NCBI RefSeq assembly: GCF_001194135.2
Contig: NC_069005.1
Span: 20,762,855-20,826,854, forward strand
DNA from: Octopus bimaculoides
Taxonomy: Eukaryota
Reading direction: 5' to 3'
DNA: 64,000 nt
The notes under the pieces are model-generated. The model worked only from the letters and a program-made list of their open reading frames with translations. It ran no database searches and was not told the DNA's origin. The position numbers and the translations under genes are program-made. This document shows, in pieces, positions 11,663-25,921 of the stretch. Position 1 is the first letter of the stretch; every line of letters begins with the position of its first letter.

Positions 11663-13976
11663 TGTGTAGTGACTGGATGAAGGAAGGTGGGTGATACCAA
11701 TGAGATCTTGTTCAAAATGTGTGGGCTTACCTTTTATTGATATGGCTACAGATAAACCTGCCAGGAGGAGTGCTGAAACAGAAATAAAACATGTCAAAAT
11801 ATACCAGTGAGTTGTATTAACAATTTACTATAATAACACAACAATGATGTCTCTACTCAACAGGATCTCATGCTTACACTTAACAAGATTCTCACTCACC
11901 AGATCCAATTAGTGTCAAAGCTATGGATCCAAGGACAACTTTCCAGTTTTCACGAATTTTGGGATGTTTATACCAACTGAAATATAAAATTGGATTGAGT
12001 TTGTTTTTGCAGCTCAATATTAATAATACTCATTTTAAGCAGCTTAATCATTCCTAAAATGTCATATTGCTTTACATAGAATTACACTGTGAAACAAAAT
12101 TTTTATTTATTTTTTGCTGAGCAAGTGTTACTTCCTATTTGCTTTTATCTAGAAATCAAAGGAAATGACTACTATTCCCTTCAAACATTGTATTTGTGAT
12201 CTAGACATCAATGTTTTGAAACTGACCTGTTTTCCATTACATTTCAAACAGATTCAGCACTGAGTTGCTGAAGCAGAAATAGCATTATAGCAAATATTTT
12301 GCTCAGTACTACAGATTTGCTTGTCACTTGCTTGTCCTTAACCACTTGAGCATGTCTCTTAGTGGCTGACAATATGTGCATCTTTGAGGAGTAGTGGGGG
12401 AGCATCATAGCCATGTGTTGAGAGGGATTCTTTGGGGTTTAAATAAATGTAACAAAAGCAAAGTTTGAAGGAAATGTTAGCCATTTTTTAGTACTTTTTG
12501 AGAGTAAACAAGTGTGAAATAATGGTTGCTACCCAAAGACAAAAACCATGTTAAATAGTGTTATTATATTCCCATTTGTAATTAATTAAAAGTAAAACAG
12601 TATTATCATTATAGTCCCAGTAAAGATTTGCTTTGTGTAATGATTCTTTGTGTAATGATTCTTTGTGTAATTACATTTAATGATTTCACTACAGATACAT
12701 ACACAAGCTTTTATATGTTTTTTCCCAGGTGCAAATAAGGGATTTCTGGCTGCATTTTTATGTTGCATTATCCATTGGGATAATTTAGAATCAGTATCCT
12801 TTTTATTTCATCTTGCCATCGTCCTCTGGCATCAATTTCTTTGGATAGCACTTGAAATTCAACCAGCATTTATATAGTGGTGGAACTACTGGTAATTGTT
12901 ACTTAAGGGAAGGGAATTGCTTCTAAGTTTATTTTCCTTATACTAAGAAATCATTATCAAAGAGTGAAAAGAGCATACATATATTTCCATATAATTCTTT
13001 TATTTTTTTCATGCAATAAGACACTTGAAGTCTCTGGTAGCCATGGACAGTACTATTTTGTCCTCTTTCTGGACTCTTCAGCACAGCATAACTCCAGATT
13101 TTAAGATTAGTTAATCTAAATTCACTTTAAAATTTCCTTATTTTTTCTTCCTCTAACAGATGAGAAAAGAGGGGAGAAAAAACATTTTACATGTTTTTGA
13201 AATTATTATTATTATTATAAGCATATTCACTGTAAATATACAAATGAAAATTTTTTATATCAATTCTTATTTTAAATCAATGATCTTATATTGAAAATTA
13301 GTTTTCATTTCAAGAATTTGTATAAGCACCATGAAATTAAAAAAAAGTAAAATTATAATTATTTAGAGCAGATATACTATTGAAAAACAGCTAAATTATG
13401 GTATTCATCTCAAGAAAGCTTCTACTATAGATGTACAGTGTTAAAAAATACAGAAATACATCAGTAGCAGGCAAAAATCAGGTAGCAGCAGGCATTGCTT
13501 CTTTGAGCAAATATCTAGGGTACCAGATGATAACTGAAAGAAACAGAAATACATATTTAACAATGCTACTGCCATTACTGGATGATTTTCATATCCTACT
13601 TATATATTTTTGAGTTTTTTAACATTATGTCTATAAGAGATGCTTTATTGAGACGTATACTACAGTTTAGTAAACTTTCAACAGTACATCTGTTTTAAGT
13701 ATGATATACAGATTGCTATATATATATATATATATNNNNNNNNNNNNNNNNNNNNNNNNNNNNNNNNNNNNNNNNNNNNNNNNNNNNNNNNNNNNNNNNN
13801 NNNNNNNNNNNNNNNNNNNNNNNNNNNNNNNNNNNNNNNNNNNNNNNNNNNNNNNNNNNNNNNNNNNNNNNNNNNNNNNNNNNNNNNNNNNNNNNNNNNN
13901 NNNNNNNNNNNNNNNNNNNNNNNNNNNNNNNNNNNNNNNNNNNNNNNNNNNNNNNNNNNNNNNNNNNNNNNNNNNN

Positions 13977-14020
<44 letters not shown>

Positions 14021-14784
14021 AAGCACATACATACACACACACACATATATAGAGTGAATTATCAGTTTTGTATGAATATATATATATGCATGTATATAAA
14101 TATGTGTGTGTATATATATCTTTTATCTTTTACTAGTTTCATTCATGGGACCATGCTTGAAGGATGTAATCAAACAAGTCAACCCTAACACATATTTTTA
14201 AGTCTAGTACTTATTCTACCATTATCCGTGCATCTATCTTACAAAACTGTGCATCTATTAAATAACCTACAATATTTACTTGATGGTAGGAAATGCTTTA
14301 GGACATGAAAAACTTTCCCAATATATTTGTGACTACCAGGTCCCTGTATAGAATATTATACCATGTAACCTGTCTTAACCTTTTAGTGTTCAAATTACTC
14401 TATCAAATGTAATGCTTATTTATTTACATTGTTTCTTCAATTAATCATGCATTATCTCATAGCTTAGAGATTTTGATATGTAACTGTTTATTTTTAGAAT
14501 TGTTGAGTTGGTGTGAGAGCCTGGGTCTGGCTAGTTTAAACATGAAACTGGTAGAATATTTTGAAGGATATGGCTGGTTTAAATGCTAAGGGTTAGGTAA
14601 GCTTTCTAGGATTAATATTATAGCTGATATTGCCCTACACAGCCCTATGTATATTGTTATTAGTAATGTTGTGAGGAGAAGCACATTCAATTTCTGGGTC
14701 TGAGTTATTTATAATTTTTAGCCTTATTTTTTATACGCTTTGTTCTTTTCGTTATTCCTATTACTTTCCTATTAATATTATTAC

Positions 14785-14838
<54 letters not shown>

Positions 14839-15659
14839 CTTTTGCCTCCTACATCTGTTTTTTGCTTTGTCAATTCTATGTAGTTTTCTTTCATCCATAT
14901 CTATAAATACTATTATTATTATTATTTTGGCTTGGCTCAGGTTTGGTCTTATTCCTGGTAGGATTTATGCAGGTAGCGGGTTACTACCTGTAACCTTAGG
15001 ATATCCACAAGTTTTCAGCAGTCTTTCAAGTGCTTAGAACTCTCCTGATAATCCTTGCTGCCCCTAAGAGACAAACTTTCTGTAAGAGCACTGCCAGGCA
15101 TTCTATTCCAATCTCCTTCAGCCATTTGTCTATATCTTAGCTTACTGTTCCCAACACACCAGTTATTATAGGCATGACCTTTACTGTTGTTATGTTCCAA
15201 ATTCTTCCTATTTCAAATTTTAAGGGATAGTATTTTTTGGGTTTTTCATCCTCTTTTTTTTATGATCCTGGAATCAAACGGGCATGATGGGTTGATCAGT
15301 AAGCAACTTTGCTTTTCCTTATCTATAATTGTTATTTCTGGTCCATTATGTTCTAACTTCTTGTCTGTTTGAATAAGAAAGTCCCACAAAATCATACATT
15401 TCTCTGACTCCAATACTCTTTCAACTCAGAGATTGCACCATGTGTTTCCAGCTTCAAATCCCTATTTCTGACATAGCTTCAAATCCCTATTTCTGACATA
15501 TTCTTCCTATGCCTACTTGGGGCATTCTTCCACAATGTGTGCCACTGTCTTGTTCAACTTCCACAGGTTCTACATTTTTCTGACACATTCTCTCCATCTA
15601 TATTTTCTTTCATGTTGTTTGTTTATATTGCTTGATTTTGGGCTGCTACAATTAGGCAC

Positions 15660-15702
<43 letters not shown>

Positions 15703-15938
15703 AATTATTATCCTTATTCTAATTAAGGCCGTGACCTGACAAAATCGTGAGCATGCTGGGCAATATGCTTAGCTGTATTTCGCTCATCTTTATGTTCTGA
15801 GTTCAAATTCTGCCGAGGTCAACTTTGCCTTTCATCCTTTTGTGGTCGATGAAATAAGTATAAGTTGTACACTGGAGTCGATGTAATTGACTATCCCCTT
15901 CCCCAAAAATTTCAGGCCTAGTGCCTATAGTAGAAAGG

Positions 15939-15988
<50 letters not shown>

Positions 15989-16494
15989 TGTTATTATTAT
16001 TATCATCATAAAAATCATTATTGTTAGTTTTGTTATGATCCATACACTGCTCCTTTGTTCTAATGCTCCAATTCACACTAAGTTTTCTCCCTTAGTTCCC
16101 ATTGCTGTGCAGACCCCGCCCCATTTCATTATAACTATTACTTGGAGTTTTTCCATTGTTGCTTACTGTTCTTCCTACATTGCTTTCTTATTATCAATAA
16201 TAATTTCTTATTATTCATCCTATTAAAGTATGCCTAAGAATTTTTATTTTTATTGTTACCATAAGCCTTATCATTATTTATTCATTCCATTATTTCTATA
16301 TCTTTATGTCACTTCTTAAATCTCCCCATTTGGAATATACTGAATTTTCTCCTCACAATCAGTCTCCAGCTAAAGCCTAATTGTAGTAGTAGTTAAATTT
16401 GTGTATTCAACCACCAGAAATTTGGCTGAAATTATAGTGGCACACCATGCTAGCAAATTAAGACAGTTTGTTGAAATGAATTTAGCAAACCCAT

Positions 16495-16543
<49 letters not shown>

Positions 16544-18430
16544 GAAGAAGAAGAAGAAGAAGAAGCAGAAGAAGAAGAAGAAGAAGAAGGAGGAGGAGGA
16601 GGTGGTGGAGGAGGAGGAGGAGGAGAAGCAGAAGAAGAAGGCAAAGAAGAAGAAGAAGAAGAAGAAAAAGAAGAAGAAAGAAAAGAAGAAGAAGAAGAAG
16701 AAGAAGAAAGCAAAGAAGAAGAAGAATAAGAAAGTAAAGAAGAAGAAGAAGAAGAAACTAAAGGTATATATAATGAATCAGAGATATCCAGTTCAGGTAG
16801 GGATAGCTTGTGCATGTCAAATGTTTCATATCTCAATATAAAGGATGTTCTTAGTACTACACCTAATACTGAAAATAGATGGAATGTGAACCTTTCAGAT
16901 AGAGAATCACTCAATGATAGGCTTAACCAATTGTGTAATTTTAGAAATAATCTAAACTGTTGAATAACCAGTACCTAAGAAAAAGCATAATCTATAAATG
17001 CTCAGTAACAACAGGGGAAAATATTTACTGTTATATAGGTGCTTGTGCAACTAAATTCAAATCAAGATTATAAATATGTGTCTTCATTTAAATATTAAAA
17101 AAAATGAGAACGTCACTCCTTTAAGTAAAATTATCTACAGCCTAAAAGCAAAGAACATAAGGGATGATATTAAATGGTTTACGATATGCAACATGCTATT
17201 GTATAATGGAGAGAAACTAAAGTGCAGCTTGTGCTTTGAGGAGAAACTGCTTATCCTTACACTTAACTCTAACATATTAAAAAAAAAGAATAATTACTGT
17301 TATACTGCACACATTTATTTAGAAGAACTTTTAAAACCTTCCCTAATAAACATAATACTGATAAATCAACTATATACTATTATAGGTTGGATCTGCCTTT
17401 TCTTGGTCCAGTGTATTTAGCATAGCTAGTATAATTTAGTATATACAGTTATATTTATATAATTTCTAAGTATCTTAATTATTTTTTTATTAGTTTTTAA
17501 TTATATCTAAAAAGTTTTTTAAGTACTTTAATCATTTAGTTATCTTTAGAAATATTTTTTTAATTATTAATTAATTCTAGTTATATTTTTTTAAATAAAA
17601 TTGTTTAATTCTTTATTTTTTAATTTTTAGAATAATTTTAAAATAATTTTAAAATAATTTTTACATCCTCTTTTTAGGATTAACATACTTATACCATACT
17701 ACATCATCTAATAAGTGACAAGAATTAATTAGAGTCTCCAATCTTTGATTTAATATAGTCTCTATCATTTGGAATTTTGTATTTTATATTTTTTTAAATT
17801 GCTTTATTTGATCTTTCTTATCCAATTCTGGAATGTAATTGTTTGACTTTGCAATGGATTCCACAAGGGAAAAGACGATGTGGCTGACCAAAGGAAATGT
17901 GACAGAGAACAATAATAAAAGATCTTAAAAGCAGAAGGTTAACAATGGAACAAGCCATCAAGGATGCTTTTCAGTGTTAGAAGGTGCGATGATCTTGTCA
18001 CCTCAAGTGCTACAAGGCACAGTGAGAACTGAATCAATGAATTATCCCTAAAATATAGTCTTCTAGCATGTAATGGAATATTTTTTACACTAAGAGTTGC
18101 TGAAGTATGGAACAAACTGCTGGCATCAGTTGTTAGTTGTCGAAGCACTGCATCCTTCAAAACTTCCATGCTCCCTGAAATTCGCCAACACTACACCTGA
18201 TTTTCTCCTCTCCATGCACACGCAAGCATGTATCTGACTCATACACTGTTCACTTTCCAGACATTTGTACAATACTGCATATGCTTTATATGCACTTTTG
18301 ACAAGTTGTAGTGCACCTGAGCACTGTATACAATAATTTCATTATTATTTTATTCTCCTTAGTGAATACCACCTTTCTAATTTTCTTACTTTAGAATTCT
18401 CATTAATTCAGCTTGTCTTCACCTATTCAT

Positions 18431-18464
<34 letters not shown>

Positions 18465-21425
18465 GGTATCTAAAAGATACCGTCATGCTAGATATAGCAG
18501 TCAAAACTTGACTCTAAAACCACATCAATTTTAATAATAATTATTACCTTTGAGGTTTTTATTCCCATGCTAACCACTTGATATGATCAGTATTTTAAAT
18601 AACGATCTTATCCTTATTTATATAAATTTATATATATATATATATATCTATAGCAAGAGAGAGAGAGAGAGATTACAGACCAAATTACAATTCTATCATG
18701 ACCTAAATCTACTAAATAGATTTATTTCAACATACACTACCATCTCTTTGTATATTGAATGGTCAGTTAAAATATGGATGTGTGAGGCACTATTTGTGTT
18801 CATCTAACTGCCTGGTGTGCTAATACACAATGCTTTAAATTGCAAGTTTATTTTGATCTGATAAGTAAGAGTCCTAAGTAGGTGCATGTGTGGATGTGTG
18901 CCTTGCCAAAATCTCATTTACTTATAGCAAGTGGTTTGGGAGATTGAAAAAAATAGTAATTCATTGAATGGTAAATACTTGTATAACTGGGCATGGTAAG
19001 AGCCTACTGCCTGTTGGTTAGCTTTTGCACAAACTTTTTTCTTTACAGGTGTTGAAGACAGTCCCCCAGCTACCTACCCACTCTTCTATCAAGTCTACAG
19101 ACAAAAGTTTTGATTAACAGGAAAACAAATAAGACTTTACTCTCTTCAGGAAAATGGCCCTGTTAAATACATAGAAAAGGTGCAGGTAGAAATTCTATAT
19201 GGGGTGCCCAGTGTAAATGATGGGCACACAGGAGATGCAGTGCAAATGATGGGCACAGAGGAAATGCAGTGCAATCACAGGCAAGTTGACAGAGAAAGTA
19301 GAATTTGTTTGTGACAAATGCACTGGAGCAATAAACTCCAAGAACACATATGTAATTTATTTTTTTTTATATATACTCAAGTTCTCTAGCAGTGGTAGAT
19401 AACTTCAGCTATCTAGGTGACCTAAGTAGCCATGGAGAAGGATAATAGTATCGTAGCCAGAGTAAAAACTGGGTGGAGAAAGTTCAGAGAACTATTACCA
19501 ACTATTGGTAACAAAAGGTTTCTCTCTCTCTCTCTCAGGGTGGAAAGTAGACTGTATGGTGCTTATGTATGAACGTTAATGTTATATGGTATTGAGACAA
19601 TGTTCCCTGAATGTAGAGGACTTGCAAAGACTAGAAAGAAACGAAGCAAGAATGTACTGCTAGATGTGCAATGTCAGTGTACATTAAAAGATGGAGAACA
19701 AATATGCTGAGAGTAAAAATTAGGCATAAGAAGAATGAAATGTAGTGAGCAAGACTGCATTGGTATGGACATATGATGTGTATGGATGAGTATAGCTGAG
19801 TAAAGAAGTGCCATTTGCTTAATGTGGATGGAACTTGTTAAACAGGGAGACCCAAGAAGACATGGGGTGAATTAGTGTAGGATGATCTTTGGATGTTGAG
19901 CCTCACAGAGGAGATGACAAAGGACTAAGACAATTGGCAATATGCAGTGCTCAAGATAACTTTTCAATCACTACTTAACTGAGATCCTAAAATCAATGTG
20001 TTTATGTGTATACACCCAACAGGGTCCCACACCCAATTTGTCCGTCAAGCCACCTCAACCCTTCATCTCCCTATTGCTCATCCCATCATTCTTATAACTA
20101 CATTAATATGAAGCTGTAATTAAACTACCCTTGTTCACCATTTACTACATATACCTCAACCCGTACATCTAACCAGCTCTCACTGTCCTCTCAAACACTT
20201 GCAAAATTTACCCATCGACCCTTCTTGATCTTCTGACCCCTCCCTCTCATCTATTCATTCTCTTTCTGTACCTTGAGGGTATGTTCTATCACCCCACCAC
20301 CACCATCTTTATCTCTTTTTCCATCTCCACCCCAATTACTCCCTCCTGCCCTTATATAATGTAGGTGAACAGCAACACACCTGTTATTGTTCCTCTCGTA
20401 TACTTTAAACTCTCAACACCTAACATAAAACTATCTCCATTGCTACTATACTCTCACTCAGTCGAGTAGTCTTGTGAGTTAAATAGTAACTTGTGATGGC
20501 AATAGGTAGAGTATCCAGCAATAGAAACGGTGTCAAAGTAGACAATGGAGGTTGGAGTAATGTAATCCTATGACTTGTCAGATCCTGTCCAATCACCCAA
20601 TATCATGAAAGAAAGACATTAGAATTACACCCCCGACAAACTCCCCACCCACAATTATTTTCAGGATCCAATAAAATTGAGGTAGTTTAATAACAAACAC
20701 ATCAAGGCAGAGTCAAGGACAGCATACCTGTGTATCAATAGTGTGTACAGACACTCATGTATTTACTAAAGCCTATACACACCTGAAACAACTGTAATGA
20801 ATCTCATCACATTTGTATTATGTGTGTATATATATATATAAAATGCCACGCATGCATTCCCAAGTAAGTTATNNNNNNNNNNNNNNNNNNNNNNNNNNNN
20901 NNNNNNNNNNNNNNNNNNNNNNNNNNNNNNNNNNNNNNNNNNNNNNNNNNNNNNNNNNNNNNNNNNNNNNNNNNNNNNNNNNNNNNNNNNNNNNNNNNNN
21001 NNNNNNNNNNNNNNNNNNNNNNNNNNNNNNNNNNNNNNNNNNNNNNNNNNNNNNNNNNNNNNNNNNNNNNNNNNNNNNNNNNNNNNNNNNNNNNNNNNNN
21101 NNNNNNNNNNNNNNNNNNNNNNNNNNNNNNNNNNNNNNNNNNNNNNNNNNNNNNNNNNNNNNNNNNNNNNNNNNNNNNNNNNNNNNNNNNNNNNNNNNNN
21201 NNNNNNNNNNNNNNNNNNNNNNNNNNNNNNNNNNNNNNNNNNNNNNNNNNNNNNNNNNNNNNNNNNNNNNNNNNNNNNNNNNNNNNNNNNNNNNNNNNNN
21301 NNNNNNNNNNNNNNNNNNNNNNNNNNNNNNNNNNNNNNNNNNNNNNNNNNNNNNNNNNNNNNNNNNNNNNNNNNNNNNNNNNNNNNNNNNNNNNNNNNNN
21401 NNNNNNNNNNNNNNNNNNNNNNNNN

Positions 21426-21472
<47 letters not shown>

Positions 21473-22175
21473 ATATATATATATATATGTATGAATGTGT
21501 GTGTACATATATATATATATATATGTATAATTTCAAATTAAGTAAGTAATTAAACACTTTAATCTCGAAACGTGTCTGTGGCTAACCGGAGTCATGTTGA
21601 TTTATTGTTTTTCTCTTTGCCTACGTAAAAAAAGTGTGTTACTGTCATGAAGATTCTTACAGTAGTAGAAAAGGAATTTTTAACTCTTATTTCTAAATTT
21701 GGTATATGTGGTGAAGCAATTAGCTGACCCCTAATTATAATTATGTTCATAATTATAGAATATTTATATATATGCATATATATATACATATATATTACAA
21801 CAACTGTAATTGTTACAACAACCACTAAAACAACTACGACAACTATAACAAAATGTACAAAAACAAACTACAACAGCTAACAAGATAAAGACCAACATGA
21901 TCAACATTCATGAAACAAAACAATAAAAGAAAAAACAATAAAACAAGAATAAAAGTAAGAAAAGAACAGAAAACCTCTACATACCCACACACACTTTTTT
22001 AATATATGAAATCAAAAAACACCGTCTCTAAAATAAGAGGTAGATGCAAAAATACATCGAGTTGTGTCATGCATATAAAAGCAGTACTCCAGTATGGCCT
22101 TATAAACATGGTGACTGTGGAAAAAAAAAATTAAACTTAAGAATTAGAGATTGATGTACGTATATGTGTGATGAG

Positions 22176-22220
<45 letters not shown>

Positions 22221-23048
22221 TCGTTGTTTGCATTGTGTCCAGTGAGATCTGAAACAATGGTTTGCATATTTATTCTTAATGCGTTGTTCCAGCAGGTTCA
22301 AATGCAAACGTGCTAGTCACCGTTGTGTATGTCACAGAAGAAGACCTTCTCGCTTTCATGGTGACTGTGTGTTCATTGGCACAAGGGATCCTGTGCTAAT
22401 GAAGTATTATTGTCAGCTGGAAGCATGGCATAAAATTTTACAGAAAATGCATGCACCATTGGTCAATCATAATGGCTTGGTGCTCTGACATGATAATGCA
22501 AGACCACATATTGCCAAAGTCACATTTATGATGACTGTGTGTTCATTAGCACAAGGGATTCGGGGACACAGGTGTCCAAGAATTTCAGTGTCCTGTCAGC
22601 TAGAAGTACATAGGAACACATCAGAAATAGTCTCTCTTACATGTGTGTGTGTAGGTGTGTATATGTGACAATGTGTCTGTATTATATGTGTGTGTGTGTG
22701 TAAGTAAGTGTATGTATGCACATGTGTGTGTGTGTGTGTGTTTGTGTAGTGGTATGTATATGCTTGGGTATGTGCACGTATGCATTATGTATGTATATAT
22801 GTATGTATAAGTATAGGTGTATTTATGTGTGTGTGCGTGTATGTAGGGTATAGGTGTTTGTATGTTTAGCCATTCCATCAGTACGTTGGTAACCATACCT
22901 GAGATTTTGGACAGATTGAGGCGTTACTGCTGTTTCCTCTGTATATGAAGCAGCGACAGAATGCATAGAGGAGGTGTGGAATACTCTCAGGCTGAAGCAG
23001 AGAGACAGAGAGAGAGAGAGATAGACACAGACAGGCAGATAGGTAGAT

Positions 23049-23098
<50 letters not shown>

Positions 23099-24163
23099 AT
23101 TAGAGGAAAGGAGAGAGAGGGAAAAGATAAAAAGAGAGAGATGGACATAGACAGATAGGTAGGTAAATAGAGGGAGAGAGGGAAAGAGAGAGGGAAAGAG
23201 AGAGGGAAAGAGAGAGGGAAAGAGAGAGAGAGGAATGAGAAAGAGAGAGAGAGGAATGAGAAAGAGAGAGGGAAAGAGATGAGAAGAGAGAGAGCAGGAA
23301 AGAGAAAGAAAGAAGATAGAAATAAAGAATGAGAGAGAAAGAAAGAAAGAAAGAAAGAGAAAGAGAGAAAGAAAGAGAAAAAAATGAAGAAAGAAGAGAA
23401 CAAATATGTGCAAACAACAATAATAAAAGTCTACTTTGGATTTTTTCAAATTTTGAAATTGGAAATATGTATGTGTGTGCATGTCTGAAAGAATGTGTGT
23501 ATGTGTGCGTGAAAGAGGGTGAATGTGTGTATGTATGTAAGAGAGTGGTGTGTATGTGTGTGACAATGAGAGGGTGTGTGTGTGAAAGAGTGTGAGAGAA
23601 TGTGTGCGTGTGTGTGTGAGAGAGAGAATATGTGTGTGACAGAGAAGAGTAAGAGAGTATGTGTATGCGTGTTTGAAAGAGAGAATGCATGAGAGATGGA
23701 GGGATTGTGAGTGTATGTGCATATGTGCGTTTGTATGTGTGTGTGAGAGAGAAAGAGAGGGAGTATGTGTGAAAGAGAGGGAGTATGTGTGAGAGAGGGA
23801 GGAGTAAAAGAGTATGTGTATGCATGTTTGAAAGAGAGAATGCATGAGGAAAAGGGGGATTGTGAGAGGAGAGCATATGTGAGTGAGAAACAGTGTGTAT
23901 AAGAGAGGGGGGGGGAGAGAGAGTATACATGAGAAAAATTTGTGTGTGTGTGAGAAGAAGAGAGAGAGTGTGTGTGTATTTGAGAGAAAAGGAAAGAGAA
24001 AGATTAAGAAAGAAACAAAATGGAAGTCAAACAGAGAGAGAAAGAGAGTATTTGAGAGTGTGTCAAAACGAGAAGATCAAACATGTGCATACACAATAAA
24101 ATAATCTCAGTGAAATCCAAATATTGCAGAGTAACATTTATATAAAATATAGCAAAAACAAAA

Positions 24164-24201
<38 letters not shown>

Positions 24202-25856
24202 AAAGAAAATAATCAGATATAAACCAAGAGCTTGTAATCTTACATCTAAGTAGTTTGATGTATGACCGTTCATGTATTATATCAAAATGTACATGTTATG
24301 TTAAAAAAGTACATTAAAAAGTACATTATCTGTATTTCCATGGTTCATAGGCATTATTTCCATATAAGTGCTAAAAACGTTTCGTAAGACTCAAAGTAAC
24401 GTACATACATACATACATACATACACATACATAATTACGTACATATATACATACACCTCGGATGGTTGCTTCTAGTTGTGGTGGAGGAGGTTACGTGGAC
24501 CGATGACTCTGAGAGCGATGCTGTTGAGAGTCCTAAACTCCTTGTAGGACTATCCTTGGTGATGTGGTCAAAGAGAGAGAACCCAGACTAAGTGCAACCA
24601 ACCCCCAAAGACCCCCAACAGTGAAACAAGTGGATGATGCTTACAACAATTCTCAATGCCTGAACCAGTGGATGAGGAAGGCTATGCACAACAGACATGC
24701 TACAGAAGGCACCACTCAAGGCTATAACTGGGTCAGCGGCATACATACCCACCACTGAGTTAGTCATGTCAGATAGGGCCCCTATGATGTACAACCTTGA
24801 TTGTGGTGTGTTGGTTTGTATAGCTCAATGATCCTGTGAGCTAGTTATTGCTAGTGGAACACAAGCTCCTAGTACAGCCTCCCATGCTGGATAGGTCAAA
24901 GAATGGGGGCCAAACTAATATGGACCACTTCTTCCCAGACATAAAAACGGTTTGTGTGGGGTCAACATCCCAACCTAGAAAAAAGCAAAGTTACTGAAGA
25001 GTTGATGACAATTCAATAAAAATTTAAAAAACCGGAAAACCCCACAAAAAAGAACAGCCCAGACTCAAGAATTGTATAGAAAAGTCATTGGTGGCCTATG
25101 CTCCATAGAGGGCAAAAGGATTAAGCTCATGTTGGCATAGGAGACTGTTTATCCTTTCATGTGATGGATACTAACCTCTAAACTTTTGATTAACCCTTTA
25201 GCGTTCACGTTATTTTGTCAAAAGCTTATTTATTCACATTGTTTTGAATTAAACATGCATTATTTTGTAACTTTGAGAGTTTGTATGAGGTAACAGTTAA
25301 TTTTCAGAATGACAATGTAGGGTTGGTGTGAGGGGGCTGATCTGACCATTTTGAATATAAAACAGGTAGAATATTTTGGCTGGTTATGGCCAATTTGAAT
25401 GCTAAAGGGTTAAAGAAAAGAATGGCGATCTTCTTTGGATAGATGCAAAGAAGAACCTGTTTGCAGAAGACTGTAATAGTAACCATGGCAAAACGTGAAA
25501 CAGGGGTTAGCTATTGCAAGTTGTGGAGCTGTCAGCAGAAATACCAGTGGACTACTGAATTAAATTAAATAGTATATCAATAGTACAAAAAGGCTTAAGG
25601 AAGTTTTCTTTGATTGAGTATATGAAAAGAATGAAGAGCTATTGGGATGTAAAATATCCTGATTAAAATTCAGTCAAGCAGCTGCACCATCAAGCTGCAT
25701 TTGTTGATAAGAAATATATTTTACTTGTCAAAATCAACTATCAAAACTAGAAGGAATAAATACAAACCGAATTATTGTGACTGATTGATTGATGATTGAT
25801 TGATTTATTGGTAAATAGAGAGAAAAACAGAGTGAGTGAGAAAGTTCACTGTACTA

Positions 25857-25921
<65 letters not shown>

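Noticed and set aside
13440-13537. Strong minus-strand acceptor as the missing TMEM134 exon
   Set aside because: The required phase-2 frame hits TAG after 5 codons
16401-16841. 146-aa poly-N/K/E ORF
   Set aside because: A short LINE-like end running into a (TAA)n(AAG)n microsatellite
21985-22117. Acceptor TTTTTTTTTCCACAG on - as a TMEM134 exon
   Set aside because: No donor in a compatible phase before a stop; the sequence resembles a decayed LINE RPILEYC motif
24166-24199. 34-nt poly(A) as a processed-pseudogene tail
   Set aside because: No upstream ORF remnant or TSD found
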